From Octopus vulgaris (Eukaryota), in assembly GCA_951406725.2 (NCBI GenBank), contig OX597840.1, forward strand, positions 10,106,001-10,170,000: DNA of 64,000 nt, read 5' to 3'. A program made the translations under genes and the position numbers. This document shows, one piece after another, positions 55,795 to 64,000 of this stretch. Numbering within the stretch: the first letter of the stretch is position 1; each line of letters begins with the position of its first letter. Under the pieces are notes generated by a model. It was not told where the DNA came from and searched no databases. It saw only the letters and a program-made list of their open reading frames with translations.

Positions 55795-56196
55795 TAATAT
55801 ATACATATTCAAATGATACTTTCTCGAGCTGAATAATGCAGTTTAGAAGGCTTTCAACATTATATATGCTTTAAGTACGATATAAAGATTGCTTATTTAT
55901 ATATACATACTTTTCTTCCTTTTTCTCATTTCATTTATTCCTTTTACTATTTTCTTTTCGTTTTTTCTCGCATTTTTCTCAAAATACAATATACACTCAA
56001 AATACAATATAACTATATTGTATTTTGAGTGTGAACGATTGCCTGAAAACACAAGGTTTAGCCAGCTAGCTATTTGTTTTTAAAGAGGCTTATAGTAGCT
56101 CGAATTTAAATCCTGTTTATATTGAGAGATAATAACTGTCTCTCACTGTTCATGCCATCAATAAGGTAACAGTACATTACACACACGCACGTGTGC

Positions 56197-56259
<63 letters not shown>

Positions 56260-56264
<5 letters not shown>

Positions 56265-56560
56265 AGAGTTTACGAAAAAAACAAAAGACGAAGACCGGTG
56301 GTGTACAAAACAAACAGATGTATTAGTATAACGCTCGGGAACTGAAAAAGTCTTTTACGTTTCGAACCTACGCTCTTCTACAGAAAGGGACACAGAAAAA
56401 ACAAGGAGAGAAAAAAGGAGAGAAAAAGGAGAGAGAAAAAAGGAGAGAAAAAAGGAGAGAAAAAAGGAGAGAGAAAAAAGGAGAGAAAAAAGGAGAGAAA
56501 AAAAGGTGAGAAAAAAAATGTGTGTAGTGGCTAACGATCTATGCTGGCGTCTGACACGGG
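56260..56560 (-). mobile_element. Penelope-like terminal fragment inside (TA)n
   Basis: Minus strand CTGTAGAAGAGCGTAGGTTCGAAACGTA (hammerhead-like); internal AAAAAGGAGAG repeats. Confidence 0.55.
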
Positions 56561-56796
56561 CAGAAAGTATATATATATATATATATATATATATTACACG
56601 CTTTTACTAAATATCTTATTCTGAAACAGAACACTGTAAAAGACTCTCACTTTTTTTCTTATACACTGAAATCATTCACAAAAAATGAACATTGTATTCT
56701 AACCCAATTTTTCTCTTTTTTTGTTTAAAAAAAGAACTTTCACCTAATTAAATACACTCTCTCTTACTTAAATTATTTTGTCAGCATTTTCATTTC

Positions 56797-56870
<74 letters not shown>

Positions 56871-57328
56871 CATACATACTTATATATCCATATATACCTA
56901 TGTATACACACATACACAAACAGATATGCGTACCCATTTATATATATATAAATATACATGCATTTATGTATACGTATATCTCTGCTACACTGGCAATTAT
57001 TTAATCATGCAAGACAGATGAATGCAAGTTTAGACGTTGTAATTAGCTAAGACGATGCGATACTGGGAAAATATCTCCTTGCTGCATTGAAAGGAGATAT
57101 CTCACTTCAGTTATCTGTTTCCATACTTACTCCAAAAACCTTACTACTCTACGAGTTGACTGCATCTTGTTGTGCGGATTACCGATATATTTATTAGTGC
57201 ATGTACGTATGCTTAGGTAAGCAGATAAATACCTATGTATATATATATACATATATACATATGTATATATGTATATATATATATGTATATATGTATATAA
57301 TTTATATATGTATATATGTATATATGTA

Positions 57329-57359
<31 letters not shown>

Positions 57360-57401
57360 ATATATATGTATATATGTATATATATATATTTATATATGTA
57401 T

Positions 57402-57439
<38 letters not shown>

Positions 57440-57687
57440 ATATATGTATGTATATATATATATATATGTATATATATAGGTATATATCTGCATACCTAGG
57501 CATACGTATATATATATATATAACTATGTGTGTGTGTATATTTATATATATATAAATACATACACACACACCCATATATATATATACATATATATACATA
57601 TGTATAAAACACACTTATGTATGCGTGCGTGTGCACTCACCCACTCATATGCGGCTATGGCGATGCCATTAAATGGATGAATACAGT

Positions 57688-58125
57688 AGAAGAAGAAGAA
57701 GAAGAAGAAGAAGGAGGAGGAGGAGGAGGAGGAGGAGAAGGAGGAGAAGACGAAGAAGAAGAAGAAGAAGGAGAAGAAGAAGAAGAAGGAGAAGAAGAAG
57801 AGGAAGAAGAAGAACAAGGAGGAGGAGGCGGGGGAGAAGGAGGAGAAGAAGAAGAAGAAAAAGAAGAAGAAGGAGAAGGAGGAGGAGGAGGAGGAGGAGA
57901 AGGAGGAGAAGAAGAAGAAGAAAAAGAAGAAGAAGAAGAACAACAACAAGGAGAAGAAGAAGAAGAAGAAGAAGAAGGAGAAGAAGAATGTGGAGAAGAA
58001 GAAGAAGAAGAAGAAGAAGAAGGAGAAGAAGAAGAAGAAGAAAAACGAAGAAGAAGAAGAAGAAGAAGAAGAAGAAGAAGAAGGAGAAGGAGGAGAAGAA
58101 GAAGAACAAGAAGAAGAAGAAACAA
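57688..58125. repeat. (GAA/GGA)n polypurine microsatellite
   Basis: Direct reading. Confidence 0.95.
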
Positions 58126-58673
58126 AGCTATCGAAATCAACAGAAGGAAGAACAAAACATGAGGATCATAATCATCATCATCATCATCAGCAGCAGCAGC
58201 ATCAACGGGAACAACAAAAACAGCAACAACAACAACAACAACAACAAGCAGAAGACACGAGTGGGGTAAAATGAAAGGAAATCCATTTCGTTGTCAACAA
58301 GAAATCTGTGCCAATTCTCGGTGTGTGTGTCAGGTGATGACGTGATAATAAGTTTTGCGGGGCGGGCGGTGGAGGAGAGGCACTTGTTGTTGTTGTTGTT
58401 ATGATACTTGGGAGTTTCAGTGTGAGAAAAATAGAAGAATGGAGGAAGAAAGGATAAGGAGAAGAAAGGAAAGAAGAAAGGAAGGACAAGTGTGTTGTGT
58501 TTATTTTTCTATTTCAGTTTTCATTCTTTCATCAACATTGACAGATTGTCAACCAGCTTCCGCTCGCGCGATAGTATTTCTGGCTTCAATGTGATATCAA
58601 TGTGTACAGATTCCCTTAATTCATGTTTTTCTTTTTGTGGATTGTCATCATCATCATCATCATCACCGTTGTC

Positions 58674-58705
<32 letters not shown>

Positions 58706-58737
58706 CATCATCATCATCATCATCACCGTTGTCATCG

Positions 58738-58770
<33 letters not shown>

Positions 58771-58815
58771 ACGTCATCATCATCATCGTCATCATCATCA
58801 TCATCATCGTCATCG

Positions 58816-58867
<52 letters not shown>

Positions 58868-59251
58868 TATTGTTATTATTATCATTATTATCATTATTAT
58901 TATTAATATCATTATTATTATTATTATTATTACTATTAATATTACTATTACTATTACTATTATTACTATTATTACCATTATTATCATTATTATTAATTAT
59001 TACTATTATTAATCATTATTATTAATTATTACTATTATTAATATTATTACTATTATTATCATTATTATTATTATTATAATTATAATTATTATTATTAATT
59101 ATTACTATTATTAATTAGTATTAGTATTATTATTATTATTATTATTATCATATCATGATCATTATTATTATTATTATTATTACTATTATTATTATTATAT
59201 CATGATCATTATTATTATTATTATTACTATTATTATTACTATTATTATTAC

Positions 59252-59302
<51 letters not shown>

Positions 59303-59304
59303 TG

Positions 59305-59623
59305 GTTTTTCTTCTTTCAAATTTGCTTCCATTTCTTGCCGAGTGTTTTCCCGACTCCTAGGGCAAAGAAACTCATAGTATATATTGGTAGGCCATTAAA
59401 CTAAACTCACTAATTCGTTCATATTTTTTATTTGATAGAAATAAAGTTAAATTAAAATACAAGGGTAGTAATAGTTCTCACATCGACAATGCTCTTCTCA
59501 ATACGTGTGATGTACCAGTTAAGACAATCTTTTGCACTTCTTGCAGAGATGATAAGCCAGGGATCATTCTCATATAATTTTCGGTTCCCTTCTTGATCAT
59601 TCCTAGTGCTCCTACGATCACTG

Positions 59624-59625
<2 letters not shown>
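59305..59625 (-). mobile_element. R4/Dong-type LINE 3' fragment embedded in (ATT)n
   Basis: PVIVGALGMIKKG..LQEVQKIVLTGTSHVLRRALSM*; (TAA)n on both sides. Confidence 0.8.
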
Positions 59626-59719
<94 letters not shown>

Positions 59720-59720
<1 letters not shown>

Positions 59721-59928
59721 TTCTTTACTACCCACAAAGGGCTAAACACAGAGAGGACAAACAAGGACAGATATCGATCCCAGTGCATAACTGGTACTTA
59801 ATTTATCGATCCAGAAAGGATGAAAGGCAAAGTCGACCTCGGCGGAATTTGAACTCAGAACGTAGCGGCAGACGAAATACAGCTACGCATTTCGCCCAGC
59901 ATGCTAACGGTTCTGCCAGCTCACCGCC
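59720..59928 (-). mobile_element. SINE family B in (ATT)n
   Basis: Matches family B. Confidence 0.85.
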
Positions 59929-59989
<61 letters not shown>

Positions 59990-59990
<1 letters not shown>

Positions 59991-60545
59991 GAGTGAGGGA
60001 GCAGTGCATGCCATCAAAGAGACACTGGGGTAAAATATACGAAGCCCAGTATACCCATCATGATTACCCGTCTGATAAGAGTACACCAGGCATCACAATC
60101 ATATGTGCGCGACATGGTGATCTCATATCAAGATAAACAGCGCATGACCTTGCAGGTGGGGCCCAGTTAGAATTTTCTTCTGGTCGAGTAGCCCATCCCA
60201 CTCAAAAGGACCCTGAATAAGGATTGTTTAAGGATGTTGAACGGAACACCCATATTCCCAAAGGCGAATTATCCAAACCACAAAGAATTCCTCTCAACAC
60301 AAGGCTACGATGCTCCCCCACTACTTCTACTCGTGATCAGAGATGCACATATCGTCAGCCACTAAGGGACATGCTCAACTGGTTAAAGTCAAACAACTGA
60401 CAAGCAAATCTGTGGTATTGAGCAGAATATTTGCTGTAGCCCATCTTTTATACCAAGACAAAACAATGTACATGATAACACTTCCAGTCAGTAAACATGT
60501 TAAGCTCGAAGGGTATGAGAACATTCTAGTGCATCAGGGCGTATT
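59990..60545 (-). mobile_element. Family E copy
   Basis: Reverse complement of 5420-5972. Confidence 0.8.
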
Positions 60546-60664
60546 ATTATCATTCTTCTTCTTCTTCTTCTTCTTCTTCTTCTTCTTCTTCTTCTTCTTC
60601 TTCTTCTTCTTCTTCTTCTTCTTCTTCTTCTTCTTCTTCTTCTTCTTCTTCTTCTTCTTCTTCC

Positions 60665-60738
<74 letters not shown>

Positions 60739-61314
60739 ATATACATATTAACGGAACACCCGTTTTCCCAAAGGTGAATTATCCAAACCCCAAAGAATTC
60801 CTCTCAACACATAAGCGCTGGTATGCACAGTTGTCATACGCCAGATTATCGAACGGAGAACTTCGGCGTTTTCGAAACGCACTCGTTAACCTCATAGATA
60901 TACTTCTTGTAGTTAGATCACTAGCCACCATTTTTGATTTTCTTTGGTGGTGGTTGTGGTGGTGATGGTGGTGGTGTTGCTGCTGTTGCTGCTACTGCTG
61001 CTTCGTCTGACCATTCTTCTTGCTATTATGTCCTGATTAGATTCCGCAGACAATGAGAAGTCTTTAGAAAGACGGACGAGACGACATCATCAATACTTCA
61101 TTTGAGTACAACGAATTAAAAGAAAAGAAAAAAAAAAAACAAAAAGAAAAATAATCAGTTTTTGGCCGAGTGTCTCATCAACATGATCGATCGCTTAAAC
61201 AATTATTGGAACGTCTTCGATTGCTTGATTGCTGATAACATTGTTGTGGTTTGTTTGTAATTGGCGTCATCATCGTAGTTGTTGTTGTTGTGGAAGTGGT
61301 GGCGGTGGTGGTTG

Positions 61315-62204
61315 CTTTTCTTCTTCTTCTTCTTCTTCTTTTTCTTCTTCTTCTTCCAATTCTTCTTCTTCCTCTTCTGCTTCTTCTTCTTTTTCTTCTT
61401 CTTCTTCCAATTCTTCTTCTTCTTCTTCTGCCTCTTCTTCACCTTCTTCTTCTTCTTCTTCTTCTTCTTCTTCTTCTTCTTCTTCTTCTTCTTCTTCTTC
61501 TTCTTCTTCTACTTCTTCTACTTCGTCTTCTTCTACTTCGTCTTCTTCTTCTTCTTCGTCTTCTTCGTCTCCTCCTCCTCCTCCTCCTCCTTCTTCTTCT
61601 TCTTCTTCTTCTTCTTCTTCTTCTTCTTCTTCTTCTTCTTCTTTGTCTTCGTCTTCTTCTTCGTCTTCGCCTCCTCCTCCTCCACCTTCTCTTCTTCTTC
61701 TTCTTCTTCTTCTTCTTCTTCTTCTTCTTCTTCTTCTTCTTCTTCTATCGTCGTCGTCGTTGTAGTCGTTATTGTTGTTATTGTTGTTGTTGCTGCTGCT
61801 GTTACTAAACTCAGCTAATTCGACGAAAATAGGATCTTTACGTTTCGGACTGTTCGCTTGAGTTGCATCTCTGGCGAATAAACGGTCTTTGCTAATTAAG
61901 TGTCCGGTCTGAAGCAGACAGCAGCGACAGGAGATGCGAGGGAGGATGAAGGAGACGAAGAAGAAGAAGAAAGAAGGAGGAGAAGAAGAAGAAGAAGAAG
62001 AAGAAGAAGAAGATGATGATGATGAAGAAGGAGAAGAAGAAGAAGAAGAAGAAGAAGAAGAAGAAGAAGAAGAAGAAGAAGAAGAAGAAGAAGAAGAAGA
62101 AGACAGAAGAAGAAGAAGACAGAGGAGGAGGAGAAGAAGAAGAAGAAGAAGAAGAAGAAGAAGAAGAAGAAGACGAAGAAGAAGAAGACGAAGAAGAAGA
62201 AGAC

Positions 62205-62239
<35 letters not shown>

Positions 62240-62345
62240 CGAAGAAGAAGAAGAAGAAGAAGGAGGAGGAGGAGGAGGAGGATGAGAAGAAGAAGAAGAA
62301 GAAGAAGAAGAAGAAGAAGAAGGAGGGGGAGAAGAAGAAGAAGAG
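61315..62345. repeat. (TTC)n tract followed by (GAA)n tract
   Basis: TTC-type 61315-61745, GAA-type 61955-62345. Confidence 0.95.
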
Positions 62346-62607
62346 TTTGATTATTTTCAATGATTTAATCAAGCTAAACTTCGTAGATCTTCGTTCAGTT
62401 TCTGGTCAAATTTGATTGGGTTGGTGATCGATCAGATTATCTTGAGAGTTGCTGGAAAAGGGGATTCCATCAGGTCGACATTCTGGGCGAGGAGGAGAAG
62501 AAGGAGCAGGAGAAGGAGAGAAAATGGAGCGTGAGGAGGAGGAGGAATGATTAAGTTTAGGGTTTTAGGCACGGCCTGGATGGTGGGACCCTGGACACGT
62601 GACAGTA

Positions 62608-62986
62608 TACTCTCTTTACTCTCTTTACTCTTTTACTTGTCTCAGTAGCACCGCCTTTAGTCGAGGACTTATTCTTTGGAAGCCTAGTACTTAGTCTATC
62701 GGTCTCTTTTGCTGAACCGCTAAGTTACGGGGACGTAAACACACCAGCATCGGTTGTCAAGCGATGTTGTGGGGAACAAACACAGACGCACAAACATAAA
62801 CACACACACACACATACACATACATATACATATATACGACAGGCTTCTTTCAGTTTCCGTCTACCAAATCCACTGACAAGGCTTTGGTTGGCCCGAGGCT
62901 ATAGTAGAAGACACTTGCCCAAGGTGCCACGCAGTGGGATTGATCCCGGAACCATGTGATTCGTCAGCAAGCTACTTACCACACAG

Positions 62987-62990
<4 letters not shown>
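62608..62990 (-). mobile_element. SINE family A
   Basis: Matches family A. Confidence 0.9.
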
Positions 62991-63844
<854 letters not shown>

Positions 63845-64000
63845 GATTGGCAGTCCATCATATTTGATATATATGCTTCCATCTGCCATCTGCTTTTAAC
63901 GAACACTCACGATGCTTTCGCAGTGAGACAATACAGTAATAGCAGACACCAAAAATATATATGAATATGTTTACGTACATAATTAAAATACATATACGAG

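Noticed and set aside
57617-58274. Acidic, His- and Gln-rich protein exon
   Set aside because: Trinucleotide repeats open in multiple frames with no clear splice signals

Overview
AT-rich, microsatellite-saturated eukaryotic non-coding DNA. The repeat content (tRNA-derived CORE-, Meta- and V-domain SINEs, Dong/R4-type LINEs, Penelope-type remnants, long TA/CATA/ATT/CA tracts) suggests a cephalopod, probably Octopus; this is inference, not a database result. No complete gene is present and nearly all long ORFs in the track are translations of simple repeats. Recognisable content: three SINE groups, often in tandem arrays; decayed R4/Dong and CR1/L2-group LINEs; several Tc1/mariner elements; a Chapaev3-type transposase relic; Helitrons; and many short Penelope-like fragments inside (TA)n that carry hammerhead-ribozyme core motifs and often form long fold-back palindromes. 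Best host-function candidates are a signal-peptide-like first coding exon (21923-22007) and a cluster of RFX X-box motifs (43700-44524). Repeat boundaries were read by eye and are approximate.
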